A stretch of 64,000 nt of DNA from positions 1,103 through 65,102 of the forward strand of contig JANXRE010000076.1 in assembly GCA_025353165.1 (NCBI GenBank), in the 5' to 3' direction. Each line of letters opens with the position of its first letter. Positions within the stretch are counted from its first letter, which is position 1. A program made the translations under genes and the position numbers. The notes beneath the pieces are model-generated. The model had not been told where the DNA came from, searched no databases, and was given only the letters and a program-made list of their open reading frames with translations. This DNA is from Acidobacteriota bacterium. GTDB lineage: Bacteria > Acidobacteriota > Terriglobia > Bryobacterales > Bryobacteraceae. Below are positions 1-8,778 of this stretch, in pieces.

Positions 1-595
1 GTCGGAGACGGTGAGCCGGATCGCGCTGAATATCGGCGGCATCGCGAATATCACCGTGATTCCGCGCGGCGCGAAGCCGGAGGACGTGATCGCGTTCGAC
101 ACCGGTCCGGGGAACATGGTGATGGACCAGCTTGCGCCTCCCTACGACGCGGATGGGGCGAAAGCGCGGGCGGGCGCGGTGCACCAGGCGTTGCTGGACC
201 AGTTACTGCACGACCCCTACTACGCCGCGCAGCCTCCGAAAACCGCCGGTCGCGAGCAGTACGGTCCGGACTTCGTGGCGCGCACGGGAATCGACATCGC
301 CACCGCCGCCGAGCTGACCGCCCGCACCATTGCGATGGCGATCCGGAATTACGAGGCGGGGGAAGTAATCGTATCCGGAGGCGGCGTTCACAACGGCTAC
401 CTCATGGAGCGGATCCGCGCGCTTCTGCCTGGCGTTCGGGTCGCGACTTCGGCGGAATACGGCATGGATATCGATGCGAAGGAAGCGGTTCTGTTTGCGG
501 TTCTGGCGTACGAGAGCTGGTTCGGCCGGCCCTGCAACGTCCCTTCCGCCACCGGCGCAAGGCTCGCTGTCGTTCTGGGGAAGCTCTCGCGGTAG
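1..595 (+). CDS. anmK: anhydro-N-acetylmuramic acid kinase, C-terminal part (5' end lies outside the window)
   Basis: The reading frame is open to the left window edge. The translation (FDTGPGNMVMDQL..PPKTAGREQYG..VSGGGVHNGYLM..NVPSATGA) matches the C-terminal half of E. coli AnmK as I recall it. Confidence 0.8.
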   Translation, partial: SETVSRIALNIGGIANITVIPRGAKPEDVIAFDTGPGNMVMDQLAPPYDADGAKARAGAVHQALLDQLLHDPYYAAQPPKTAGREQYGPDFVARTGIDIATAAELTARTIAMAIRNYEAGEVIVSGGGVHNGYLMERIRALLPGVRVATSAEYGMDIDAKEAVLFAVLAYESWFGRPCNVPSATGARLAVVLGKLSR

Positions 596-649
596 CGTTT
601 TCGCCGAACCCGGCTCTGCCCGTTTGCGTACTCCTTTTCAGGAACTAAT

Positions 650-988
650 ATGTTTTGCACCAAATGCGGCGTTGAACTGAAAGAGATGGACAGGTTTTGT
701 TGCCAGTGCGGATGCACCACGGGACGCGGCGTTCGCCAGCCATTCGCCGGGAACGGGTCCAACCGCCTGAGCCGCCCGCGCGACGACCGGAAGGTCGCCG
801 GAGTGTGCGCCGGAATCGCTCGTTACATGGGCGTTGACGTCACGCTCATCCGTGTTCTCATGGTTGTGTTGGCGCTCTGGCCGCCAACCGTGGGCCTGAT
901 CGTGTACCTGGTCTGCTGGGTGGTCATGCCCAACGATCCGCTCTACCTGCCGGTGCCCGCGCACGCGGAAACCGGCGGAACGGCGTGA
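650..988 (+). CDS. PspC domain-containing membrane protein with N-terminal zinc-ribbon (CxxC..CxxC)
   Basis: The N-terminus is MFCTKCG..CCQCG. It is followed by RDDRKVAGVCAGIARYMGVDVTLIRVLMVV and a TM helix, the typical PspC-domain signature. Confidence 0.7.
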   Translation: MFCTKCGVELKEMDRFCCQCGCTTGRGVRQPFAGNGSNRLSRPRDDRKVAGVCAGIARYMGVDVTLIRVLMVVLALWPPTVGLIVYLVCWVVMPNDPLYLPVPAHAETGGTA

Positions 989-1152
989 TCCGGATATGAA
1001 GGAAGTACTGACCAAGAGCTTCTGGCAGGGAGTGAGGCGGACCTTCACTGAGGCCCGCCAGGATCCGCCCGTCCAGGACGCCAACTCGCAGCCCGCGGCC
1101 GAAGCGAAGCCGGACGACCCTGCGCCGGCCGACGTCCCGCCGCCGATCGATC

Positions 1153-2691
1153 CTACGCCTTAACGGTGTGGAACTCCCAGCCCTTGCGGAACACCGGCTT
1201 CAATAGCTTATTCGCTTCTGCGTTATTCACGATGCGCATCTTGTCGGAGTCGTACTCCAGCTTGCCTTCGTGGCGGAGCGCTATCACGCCCAGCAGCATC
1301 CATTCCACGAACGGAGCCGCGACGTCGAAGTTTGAGCACGCCGGGTCGCCGCCCTTGCACGCCCGGATAAAGTCGCGCATGTGGCCCGGCGAGCGCGTAA
1401 GCAGCGGCGCGGGCATCTGGTAGTCCTTCATCTTCTCAACCGGGAGCAGCCGGGTGATGTCGCCGTAGGTGCCGGTCGTCATCATGCCCTTGTCGCCGAT
1501 GAACAAGCTTCCATCGGGCTGTGGGAACCGCAACTGCGCGTCCGGCTCCTTCAAAGCCTGGAATGCCTCCCAATTGAACACGCTGCCGGGCGACCGGAAT
1601 TCATTGCCCGATGGACGCCCGCCCGCTCCGGCGGGCCTGTTTGCCGGGGACGGACCCGTTCGGAACGGCGGATCGCCGATCCACTCGCCGTCGGGAACCC
1701 CGGCGATTTTCGGACTCTCCTTGAGGCCGTCGTACCAGAAGATCTTCAGCGCCGGCATATCTCCGAACGGCGCGAAATCAAAACGGATCACCGACGACTT
1801 CGGGAACATGAACGGGCTGACACCATCCTTCTTGATGCACTCCACGCCGACCACCTTGCGCTTGGATAGGTGAAGCGCCATGTTGGGCGCGCCTAGAATG
1901 TGGCAGGCCATGTCGCCCAGAGCGCCGCAGCCGAAATCGTAAAACCCGCGCCAGTTGAATGGCTGATAGAAAAAGCCGCCATTCGGGCCGGGGTCGGTCT
2001 TGCCTTCCGCGGTGAAGGGCCGCTTCTCGGCGATGCCCAGCCAGAGATCCCAGTCGAGCGTGCTGGGAATCGGATCTTCCGCCGGAATCGCGGTGAGGCC
2101 CTGCGGCCACATCGGACGATCGCTCCAGGCGTGAACTTCGGTGACGCTCCCGATCTCGCCGCTCCAGATCATCTCGGCGCACTGCCGCGTGCCTTCGTTC
2201 GAGTAGCCCTGGTTCCCCATCTGCGTCGCCACCTTGTACTTTGCGGCGGCCGCGCGCAATTGGCGGGCTTCCCAAATGGTGCGCACCAGCGGCTTCTGCA
2301 CGTACACGTGTTTGCCGCGCTCCATGCACCACGTCGCCGCCGTGGCATGCATGTGATCCGGCGTGGCGACGATCACCGCGTCGATGTTGTTGCCTTCCTT
2401 GTCGAGCATTTGCCGGAAGTCGCGGTACTTCGGCGCGTTCGGAAAGCGGTTGAACATTCCGGAAGCGCGGCGGTCGTCCACGTCGCACAACGCAACAATG
2501 TTCTCGGTGGGCGCGGCCGCCGAGATATTCGATGCGCCCTGGCCGCCGGAGCCGATCGCCGCGAAATTCAGTTTCTCGTTGGGCGATTTGTATCCCATCG
2601 ACTTCAGGGTAGGGGCGGCGCCGAAGCCCGCTCGCGGAAGCGCGCCGGCCAGCAGGCTGCCGTAAAAAAAGTATCGTCTCGTCACTGCCAT
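1153..2691 (-). CDS. Gfo/Idh/MocA family oxidoreductase with TAT-type signal
   Basis: The 512-aa ORF starts with RRYFFYGSLLAGALP (twin-arginine-like). It has a Rossmann motif AAIGSGGQGASN and DAVIVATPDHMH, typical of the Gfo/Idh/MocA family. Confidence 0.8.
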   Translation of the reverse strand: MAVTRRYFFYGSLLAGALPRAGFGAAPTLKSMGYKSPNEKLNFAAIGSGGQGASNISAAAPTENIVALCDVDDRRASGMFNRFPNAPKYRDFRQMLDKEGNNIDAVIVATPDHMHATAATWCMERGKHVYVQKPLVRTIWEARQLRAAAAKYKVATQMGNQGYSNEGTRQCAEMIWSGEIGSVTEVHAWSDRPMWPQGLTAIPAEDPIPSTLDWDLWLGIAEKRPFTAEGKTDPGPNGGFFYQPFNWRGFYDFGCGALGDMACHILGAPNMALHLSKRKVVGVECIKKDGVSPFMFPKSSVIRFDFAPFGDMPALKIFWYDGLKESPKIAGVPDGEWIGDPPFRTGPSPANRPAGAGGRPSGNEFRSPGSVFNWEAFQALKEPDAQLRFPQPDGSLFIGDKGMMTTGTYGDITRLLPVEKMKDYQMPAPLLTRSPGHMRDFIRACKGGDPACSNFDVAAPFVEWMLLGVIALRHEGKLEYDSDKMRIVNNAEANKLLKPVFRKGWEFHTVKA

Positions 2692-2717
2692 TTTTCAGTT
2701 CTCCAGGAAGTCGTACT

Positions 2718-3608
2718 TCAACCCAGACAGCTCTTCACGTAAGCGAGGCATTTCTTCGCCTCGGCAATGATGTTCGAATCATGTGGAATCGGATACTCCA
2801 ATTCGAGGTTCGCCGGGAACCCGTACTTCTCCTTTTTCAGGAGTTGCATCACTTCCCTGATCGGCGTGTCGCCCGTGCCCCACACCGCGACATTGGGGCC
2901 GTGGTTCTTCTTGCGATCCTTGACGTGCAGGTTGGTGATCTTCGCGTGGTGCTGCTTGATAAACGCGACCGCGTCGTAACCGGCGGCGGTGAAGTGGCCG
3001 ATATCCAGATTGATGCCGTTGTACTTGCCGTATGACATCAGCGTGTCGTAGCTCTCCAGCGTGGCCGTCTGGTTCGGGTCGCCGGTCGCGTCGTGCCCGT
3101 GATAGCCGACCAGCAATTTGTGCCTGTCCGCGACGGGCGCGATGCGCTTGGCCATGGTGAGGGTCGTGCTCGTCGAGATGGCCTTGACTCCCAGCCCCTC
3201 CGCCATCCGGAACCCGTATTCGACGTCCTCGTCCGTCATGCGGTCTTGCATGTTGTAGCACAGCAGGGCGACGTCGACCCCGGCATCGTTGAACTTTTTG
3301 GCGACGGCTTTCCAGGTATTCGCGTCCGTCTTCATCCGCCACTGTTTGATCTGGTTCCGCGCGGCCGGCGCTCCCGCCAACGCCTCGCAGTGATCCGACA
3401 TCAGTTCCGCTTCGCCCAGCCCGATCTCGACATAGGCCCGGACGATGGCTTCCGGGTCGGGCGCGGCGATCCGGTTGAAGCTATACGTAATCGCGCCGAT
3501 CTGCACGCCATTGAACTTCGAATCGATCCTCGCCGCGCCGAACATCCTCGCCAAAGGCAAGGAGGCAAGCGCGATCTTTCCGATGTCCCGCCGGGTTGGT
3601 TGCATCAT
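2718..3608 (-). CDS. sugar phosphate isomerase/epimerase (xylose-isomerase-like TIM barrel), TAT-type signal
   Basis: The start is trimmed to ATGATG at 3608, giving MMQPTRRDIGKIALASLP. The body (ELEYPIP, HVKDRK, NLDIGHF) is typical of AP-endonuclease-2/TIM-barrel proteins. The gene pairs with the adjacent Gfo/Idh/MocA gene. Confidence 0.7.
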   Translation of the reverse strand: MMQPTRRDIGKIALASLPLARMFGAARIDSKFNGVQIGAITYSFNRIAAPDPEAIVRAYVEIGLGEAELMSDHCEALAGAPAARNQIKQWRMKTDANTWKAVAKKFNDAGVDVALLCYNMQDRMTDEDVEYGFRMAEGLGVKAISTSTTLTMAKRIAPVADRHKLLVGYHGHDATGDPNQTATLESYDTLMSYGKYNGINLDIGHFTAAGYDAVAFIKQHHAKITNLHVKDRKKNHGPNVAVWGTGDTPIREVMQLLKKEKYGFPANLELEYPIPHDSNIIAEAKKCLAYVKSCLG

Positions 3609-3671
3609 CACTCTACAAGCGTACTTCAACCGAGGACAGCCTTCTTGAAGATACAATGCCAGGGGTGACGG

Positions 3672-5429
3672 ATGAGAACTAAAGCGGTTCTGATTTGCGG
3701 TTTGTTATTGCCATTCGCTGCGCATGCAGGCGTCAAGGCCGTCTGGGCGGTGAACGACGGCGAGAAGATCGACCGGGACGACCGGCATCACCCCTCGAAA
3801 TCCGCCAACTCAGCGTGGGACGGCAAGAGGATAGCGATCTTCGGCGCGCGCAACGAAATCGTGGCCTTCCAGGTTGTCGTCGAAGCGGACGAGGCTGGAA
3901 TCCGGAGCCTTTCCGCGCGCCTTCCCGAACTGGTTCACAGAACCGACAAGATTGTCTACGCGCCGCCGGAGCGCGATCCCACCCGCTACGCCGGCCGCCC
4001 CATCCAGCTTTTCTCGGTGAACTATATGGACGTGGTGAAGCCCACCGCGGCCTCCTGGATCTACCTGCTTGGGACGCCGTCGGCTCCCCGCCATCCAACC
4101 GGGTGGAAGCCGGTGCAACTGGTTCCTGAAAACGCGCGCAGAGGAAAGGGCGGCTTTCCCGTGACGGTCGCGCCCTCGCGCAACCAGGCGCTATGGATTG
4201 AGGTCTACCTGCGCCGTGATTTGCCCGCGGGGATCTTTCACGGCAACATCGAGCTCGATATAGAGGGACGGAAGCGGACGTTACCGCTGGAGCTCGAGGT
4301 CCTGAATTTCACTCTCCCCGACGAGAACAGCATGAACGCCATGGTTTTCCAGGAGTCCGAGCAGGGAGTACTTTATCAGGGCCGGAACATGGACGAAGAA
4401 TATCACCGCTTCGCGCATCGCCAGCGAATCGAGTTGGTGCAGGCCTACGACGAGGATGTGGTCCAACGATTCATCGGCCGCTTCCGGGGCGGCGACTTCA
4501 CGCGCGACCAGGGTTACGAAGGGCCGGGAGAGGGGCAGGGAAACCGCATCGTCCCGAGGACGTTTTACGGGCCGGGCAAGGCATTCGACGAGCGAGGCAG
4601 CGCCTGGAAGATCTCCGATGCGTGGATGACGTTTCTCGACCACACACTGCCCGGCGCCATCACGTTCGTCTACGCGCCGGACGAGCCGTCTCTTGAAATG
4701 TTTCCGTACATCCACAAGCTTGCGGATAATCTCCATTCCAATCCCGGTCCGGGCCGGAGGCTGCCGCTGTTCGTCACGCATGAATACGTGCAGGACCTGG
4801 ACGGTGCAATCGATATTTGGGACTCGGGTCCGCAGGGTTACGCGATCGGTAAGGCGGAGGAGGAGAGGGCAAAAGGGCGCGACTACTGGGTCTACAACGG
4901 GGGCCGGCCTTGGGGTGGAGCAATCGTCATCGATGCGCCGGCAACGGATGCCAGGGCCACCATCTGGGGTTGTTTCAAGCACGGCATTCCGGTGTATTTC
5001 TACTGGCACGGCGACCACTGGCGCCACAACACGCAGAAGCCCGGGAACCGCATTCAAAACGTATGGGCGAATCCCATCACTTTCGACAACCGGGGCCAGC
5101 CTGACAAACCGGTGGAGGACCAGAACTACGCGAACGGAGACGGCGTGCTGTTCTATCCGGGGGAGGAGAAACTCCACCCCGCGGAAGACCGCGGTATTGC
5201 GGGACCCTGTTCCACCATTCAGCTCGCCAATTTTCGGCGCGGATTGCAGGATCATCAATACCTGACGCTGGCGCGCAAGGCAGGGCTCAACTTGCTGGTT
5301 CGCGAGAGTCTGGAACAGGTGGTGCCAAAGATGTTCTCAGACGCGGGCAAAACCGTCGGTTTCTCCGAGCACGGCGACGACTACGAGCGCGCCCGCTACC
5401 GGCTGGGCAAGGCGCTGGCGCTGAAATGA
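3672..5429 (+). CDS. secreted DUF4091 / GH123-like glycoside-hydrolase-domain protein
   Basis: It has a signal peptide (MRTKAVLICGLLLPFAAHA). Motifs ARNEIVAFQVVV and the C-terminal GDGVLFYPGE..GPCSTIQLANFRRGLQDHQYL resemble the DUF4091 family from memory. Confidence 0.5.
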   Translation: MRTKAVLICGLLLPFAAHAGVKAVWAVNDGEKIDRDDRHHPSKSANSAWDGKRIAIFGARNEIVAFQVVVEADEAGIRSLSARLPELVHRTDKIVYAPPERDPTRYAGRPIQLFSVNYMDVVKPTAASWIYLLGTPSAPRHPTGWKPVQLVPENARRGKGGFPVTVAPSRNQALWIEVYLRRDLPAGIFHGNIELDIEGRKRTLPLELEVLNFTLPDENSMNAMVFQESEQGVLYQGRNMDEEYHRFAHRQRIELVQAYDEDVVQRFIGRFRGGDFTRDQGYEGPGEGQGNRIVPRTFYGPGKAFDERGSAWKISDAWMTFLDHTLPGAITFVYAPDEPSLEMFPYIHKLADNLHSNPGPGRRLPLFVTHEYVQDLDGAIDIWDSGPQGYAIGKAEEERAKGRDYWVYNGGRPWGGAIVIDAPATDARATIWGCFKHGIPVYFYWHGDHWRHNTQKPGNRIQNVWANPITFDNRGQPDKPVEDQNYANGDGVLFYPGEEKLHPAEDRGIAGPCSTIQLANFRRGLQDHQYLTLARKAGLNLLVRESLEQVVPKMFSDAGKTVGFSEHGDDYERARYRLGKALALK

Positions 5430-5475
5430 TTTAGTGGACTTAGGACGCGGCGCACGCACGAGTTCGTGTGCCACG

Positions 5476-6054
5476 TCACTGATATTCACCGAGAGTCGAT
5501 TTCACGGAAAGTGCTTTCGTAATCGCTTCGCGGGCGGGCGCGACCACCTGAACGACCGGACCGTCCGCAAATAGTGCCGGCTTCTGATTCCACGTCGCGC
5601 CGGGCGGGTACACGGCGACGTGGTCCCAGACAACGCTCTTGCGGTCGTGCTCGCCCATGGATTTCGAAACCAGCCGGTCCTTATCCCAATACTGCGCGGC
5701 GCGTCCATCCGAAATGCGTTTGAGCGCCGACGTGGACGGTGCGCTCCAATCGCTAAACAGTACCGGCTCCCACACCACGAAAGCGCGCACCGGCTGGCCG
5801 GGAAACGCCTTCAATATTGCTTCGATTGCAGAGGCCCCCTGCAAACAAACCGTTCAAGTCGGGGACAACAGCACCAGCAACCGCACGTCTCCCTTGGCTG
5901 CGTTGAAAGCGTCCTCGATGGTGGAACGGTTTTCCTGCGTGAGGGCCACCAACACATGCTGACCGGCGGGGGCTGTATGTCCGCCGGAATAATAGAAGAG
6001 CCCCGCGCCCAGTAGCAGCGCGGCGGGGATCGCGAGAAGAGTCTTGCGGGTCAT
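5476..6054 (-). CDS. membrane-anchored thioredoxin-fold protein read through an in-frame TGA (candidate selenocysteine, motif U-T-V-C)
   Basis: ORFs 5854-6054 and 5476-5844 are in the same frame and are separated only by TGA (5854-5856) plus three codons. The joined protein reads ..VRLLVLLSPT-U-TVCLQGASAIEAILK.., which is a beta-strand, redox motif, helix arrangement. The second ORF alone would start at TTG with no signal peptide. Confidence 0.45.
5819..5853 (-). promoter_or_regulatory. candidate bacterial SECIS stem-loop immediately 3' of the in-frame UGA
   Basis: The mRNA reads UGA ACGGUUUGU UUGCAG-GGGGCCU-CUGCAA UCGAAGC. There is a perfect 6-bp stem (5826-5844) starting 10 nt after the UGA, with a G-rich loop and an extendable lower stem. 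The UUGCAGG..CUGCA core resembles the E. coli fdhF SECIS apex as I recall it. Confidence 0.4.
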
Positions 6055-6058
6055 GGGT

Positions 6059-6421
6059 TCACCGGGTCAGGAGATTGGCGGCAGCGTCCGCCACGATCTG
6101 CGGAAACAATATCGACACGAACACGAAGAACGCGGACAGCCACAGCAGCGCGGAACTGAGGAAGATCGGTTTCCGGCTGCACCGCTTGCTCCGCCACGCC
6201 TGATAAAAACCGTAGGCGATAAACAGAACGGACGCGCCCAGAAGATAGGGCCGCAAGGCGGTCAGAACCGTGGAGCTTCCGGCCAGGCTGGCGGCAAAAA
6301 CGAGCGGCAGAACCGGCAGGCAGCAACTGGACGCGGCGATCACGCTGACCATGGCGGCAACCCCGGCAAACGCCGTGCGGCCGCTGCTCGACGACCCGCC
6401 GGAAGTGGCGCCGGCTTTCAT
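6059..6421 (-). CDS. MerT-like membrane protein (CC motif in first TM helix)
   Basis: AASSCCLPVLPLVFAASLAGSSTVLTALRPYLLGASVLFIAYGFYQAWRSKRC parallels MerT (..SVCCLGPLVL..LEPYRP..AWRRIYRP..C) from memory. The ATGA start/stop overlap with the upstream AKR gene is at 6418-6421. Confidence 0.6.
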   Translation of the reverse strand: MKAGATSGGSSSSGRTAFAGVAAMVSVIAASSCCLPVLPLVFAASLAGSSTVLTALRPYLLGASVLFIAYGFYQAWRSKRCSRKPIFLSSALLWLSAFFVFVSILFPQIVADAAANLLTR

Positions 6422-7398
6422 TTCAGAATCGCCTCCATCTTTCCGAGTTCCTCATCCGAAAACCGGAGGTTCGCCGTGGCCGCCACGCATTGCTCCACCT
6501 GTTCCACCCTGCTGGCGCCAATCAGAACGCTCGTCATGCCTTCGTGCCGCAGCACCCACGCCAGCGCCATCTGAGCCAGTGTCTGCCCGCGCTCCCCGGC
6601 GATTTCATTCAACGCGCGAACCTGCCGGAGCTGCTGCTCGCCGATGTCCTCCCGCTTCAGAAACCCGCCGCGAGCCGCGCGCGAATCGGATGGAATCCCG
6701 CCCAGGTAGCGATCGCTCAGCAGTCCCTGCGCCAGTGGAGAAAACGCGATCGCGCCGATCCCCTCAGTCCGGAGAGCATCCAGCAGCCCGTCCTCGGACG
6801 CGCGACGGAACATCGAGTACTTCATCTGGTGGATCAGGCAGGGAACGTTCAGCGCCCCGACTGCCGCGCGCGTCTGCTCCACGTTGTAGTTCGAAATGCC
6901 GGCATACAACGCCTTGCCGGAATGAACTGCCTGCTCCAGGGCCGACATCGTCTCCTCCATCGGAGTGCCGGGGTCCGGACGGTGCGAGTAGAAGATGTCC
7001 ACGTAATCGAGCCCCATCCGCTTCAGACTCTGGTCGAGGCTGGACAGCAAATACTTCCGCGAACCGAAATTCCCGTACGGTCCGGGCCACATGTCGTATC
7101 CGGCCTTGGTCGAAATGACCAGCTCGTCGCGATAGGGCGCGAGGTCCAGTTTCATCACCCGCCCCAGCGTCTCCTCGGCGGAGCCCGGCGGCGGACCGTA
7201 GTTGTTCGCCAGGTCGAAATGCGTCACGCCGAGATCGAATGCCCGGCGTAGCATGGCTCGGCTGTTCTCGAATCGGTCGATCCCTCCGAAATTGTGCCAC
7301 AGCCCGAGCGATACGGCAGGCAGTTGCAATCCGCTGCGGCCGCAGCGGCGATAAGTCATATCCGCATAACGCCCCGGGTTTGCAAGGTATTCGTGCAA
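6418..7398 (-). CDS. gpr: aldo/keto reductase, L-glyceraldehyde 3-phosphate reductase (YghZ/Gpr-like)
   Basis: The match to E. coli YghZ is near-collinear from memory: ANPGRYADMTYRRCGRSGLQLPAVSLGLWHNFG, THFDLANNYGPPPGSAEE, STKAGYDMWPGPYG, YVDIFYSHRPD. Confidence 0.85.
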   Translation of the reverse strand: MHEYLANPGRYADMTYRRCGRSGLQLPAVSLGLWHNFGGIDRFENSRAMLRRAFDLGVTHFDLANNYGPPPGSAEETLGRVMKLDLAPYRDELVISTKAGYDMWPGPYGNFGSRKYLLSSLDQSLKRMGLDYVDIFYSHRPDPGTPMEETMSALEQAVHSGKALYAGISNYNVEQTRAAVGALNVPCLIHQMKYSMFRRASEDGLLDALRTEGIGAIAFSPLAQGLLSDRYLGGIPSDSRAARGGFLKREDIGEQQLRQVRALNEIAGERGQTLAQMALAWVLRHEGMTSVLIGASRVEQVEQCVAATANLRFSDEELGKMEAILK

Positions 7399-7399
7399 T

Positions 7400-8203
7400 C
7401 TAATCTCCTCCTGGCACTTCGTCCGCGATTAACTGGAAGCTTCGGAGCGGCGCAGCCCCGAACGCAGTAGTGATTGCGACATCGGCTGCATCGCGTCCAA
7501 CTGCAATCAAGACCCGTCCGATCCGCGGGACGTGAAACCGCGCGTCGAATGCCCACCACCGGTCGGTGAGATAAGCCTGGAAGAACGCGCTGAAATTCAT
7601 CGCGCCCACGACCGGCACGCCGATGTCTTTCAGGTAGCTGGTCGCGTACCGAGCCGGAATATTCAACGCCCGACAGAACGCGATTGCAAGATGCTGGAAG
7701 TCCCTGCACACGCCGGCGCGCTCCGTATAGACATCGAGAGCGGTCCGGGTCGGCCGGGCGAACTCATACCCGAAGGCGACCTTCTGTTGGACCCAATCGC
7801 AAATCGCCTGAACACGCTCCCAGCCTGGCTGCGTATGGCCGAACCACTCCGCCGCGACAGGGGAGAACAGATCCCCTTCGCAATACCGCGAGGCCAGCAG
7901 GTATTCCAGCACCTCATGCGGGAGCTTCTCTTCCGGAACCTGGATCGCATCGGGAGCGATCTGGTCGGGTACGCCCGAGTCTTCGATCGGGGTCAGGTTA
8001 TGCAGCCGGATTCCGCCGGCGGGCGCGACAAACCGCGAACATACGCTACCGAACGAATCGGTGTAAAGATCGATGGGCACGGGAGGATCAGCGCGCAACA
8101 GATCCGGCTTGCGAAGACTTCCGGCGCGCGACGAATGGACATGCACCATCGCCACCGCCGCCGGATTGTCGAACCCGATGCCGTAGCCCAGTCGTATCCG
8201 CAC
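7400..8203 (-). CDS. transglutaminase-like family protein (start set at GTG 8203, VRIRLGYGI)
   Basis: The core is GVCRDFQHLAIAFCRALNIPARYATSY ... WWAFDAR ... GRDAADVAITTAFG. The stop lies 1 nt before the AKR start. The position expected to hold the catalytic His reads NFSAFF (see findings). Confidence 0.7.
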   Translation of the reverse strand: MRIRLGYGIGFDNPAAVAMVHVHSSRAGSLRKPDLLRADPPVPIDLYTDSFGSVCSRFVAPAGGIRLHNLTPIEDSGVPDQIAPDAIQVPEEKLPHEVLEYLLASRYCEGDLFSPVAAEWFGHTQPGWERVQAICDWVQQKVAFGYEFARPTRTALDVYTERAGVCRDFQHLAIAFCRALNIPARYATSYLKDIGVPVVGAMNFSAFFQAYLTDRWWAFDARFHVPRIGRVLIAVGRDAADVAITTAFGAAPLRSFQLIADEVPGGD

Positions 8204-8247
8204 TCGCCCTATTCTAGGCCGAAAGCTGCGAAAAGGGCCGCAACACA

Positions 8248-8772
8248 ATGACATTCTGTTTGCGAATTACCGTGGACGAAGGCCTTGCCGGCATCGCCGA
8301 TACCCGCGTGGTGTCGGGAGCCGAATCGCTGACCGCCAGCAAGGGGGCCACCTACCCGGGTCCGGGGTTCTCCTTTTTCATCCTCAACTCCGGGTTGCGG
8401 TCGCTCCGCGACAAAGCGCTGCCTTGTTTTGAAGAGGTTTTTGCGTGCGAGACGTCCATGCGGGAACGCCTCTTCAAGGTGGTGAATCTCTACGCTGCGC
8501 AGATCCGGCGCATGGCCGAGGAAGATGGAAAGGCGCTGCGGGACGCCGATCTGAGTTTCAACATCCACGCGCTGATCGGCGGGCAGATGGTCTCCCACTC
8601 GGTGCATCGCCTCTACAGGGTCTACCCCGAAGGAAACTGGGTTGAGATCGGTCCGGACACTTCGTACCAGATCATCGGCAATTCCGGCTTCGGCAAACCG
8701 ATCCTGGAACGCTCCTTGACGCACTCGGAGTTTCGGTTGGGCGCGGCGGAAACAGACGGCGACGGCCCATGA
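8248..8772 (+). CDS. proteasome-type (Ntn-hydrolase) peptidase, C-terminally short (possibly truncated)
   Basis: MTFCLRITVDEGL..ADTR.. and LIGGQMVSHSVHRLYRVYPEGNWVEIGPDTSYQIIGNSGFGKPILERS match the bacterial proteasome-type protease family usually linked to transglutaminase clusters. The ORF is only 174 aa, versus about 240 expected, and it ends just before the polA stop. Confidence 0.55.
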   Translation: MTFCLRITVDEGLAGIADTRVVSGAESLTASKGATYPGPGFSFFILNSGLRSLRDKALPCFEEVFACETSMRERLFKVVNLYAAQIRRMAEEDGKALRDADLSFNIHALIGGQMVSHSVHRLYRVYPEGNWVEIGPDTSYQIIGNSGFGKPILERSLTHSEFRLGAAETDGDGP

Positions 8773-8778
8773 GAGCTT

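Noticed and set aside
996-1163. Unlisted 55-codon ORF (MKEVLTKSFWQGVRRTFTEARQDPP.. with a Pro-rich tail) 8 nt after the PspC stop.
   Set aside because: It has no clear SD and a low-complexity tail. It overlaps the 3' end of the convergent Gfo/Idh/MocA gene by 11 nt. Nothing distinguishes it from a chance ORF.
5446-5477. A similar hairpin-forming motif (GGCGCACGCA..CGTG.GTGCC.CGTC) occurs just after stop codons at 5446-5477 and at 25287-25315. It could be a REP-like element.
   Set aside because: There are only two copies, and the shared exact run is 10 nt. By rough estimate, a 64-kb GC-rich sequence should contain many such chance matches. The first hairpin is imperfect. Genome-wide counting would be needed.
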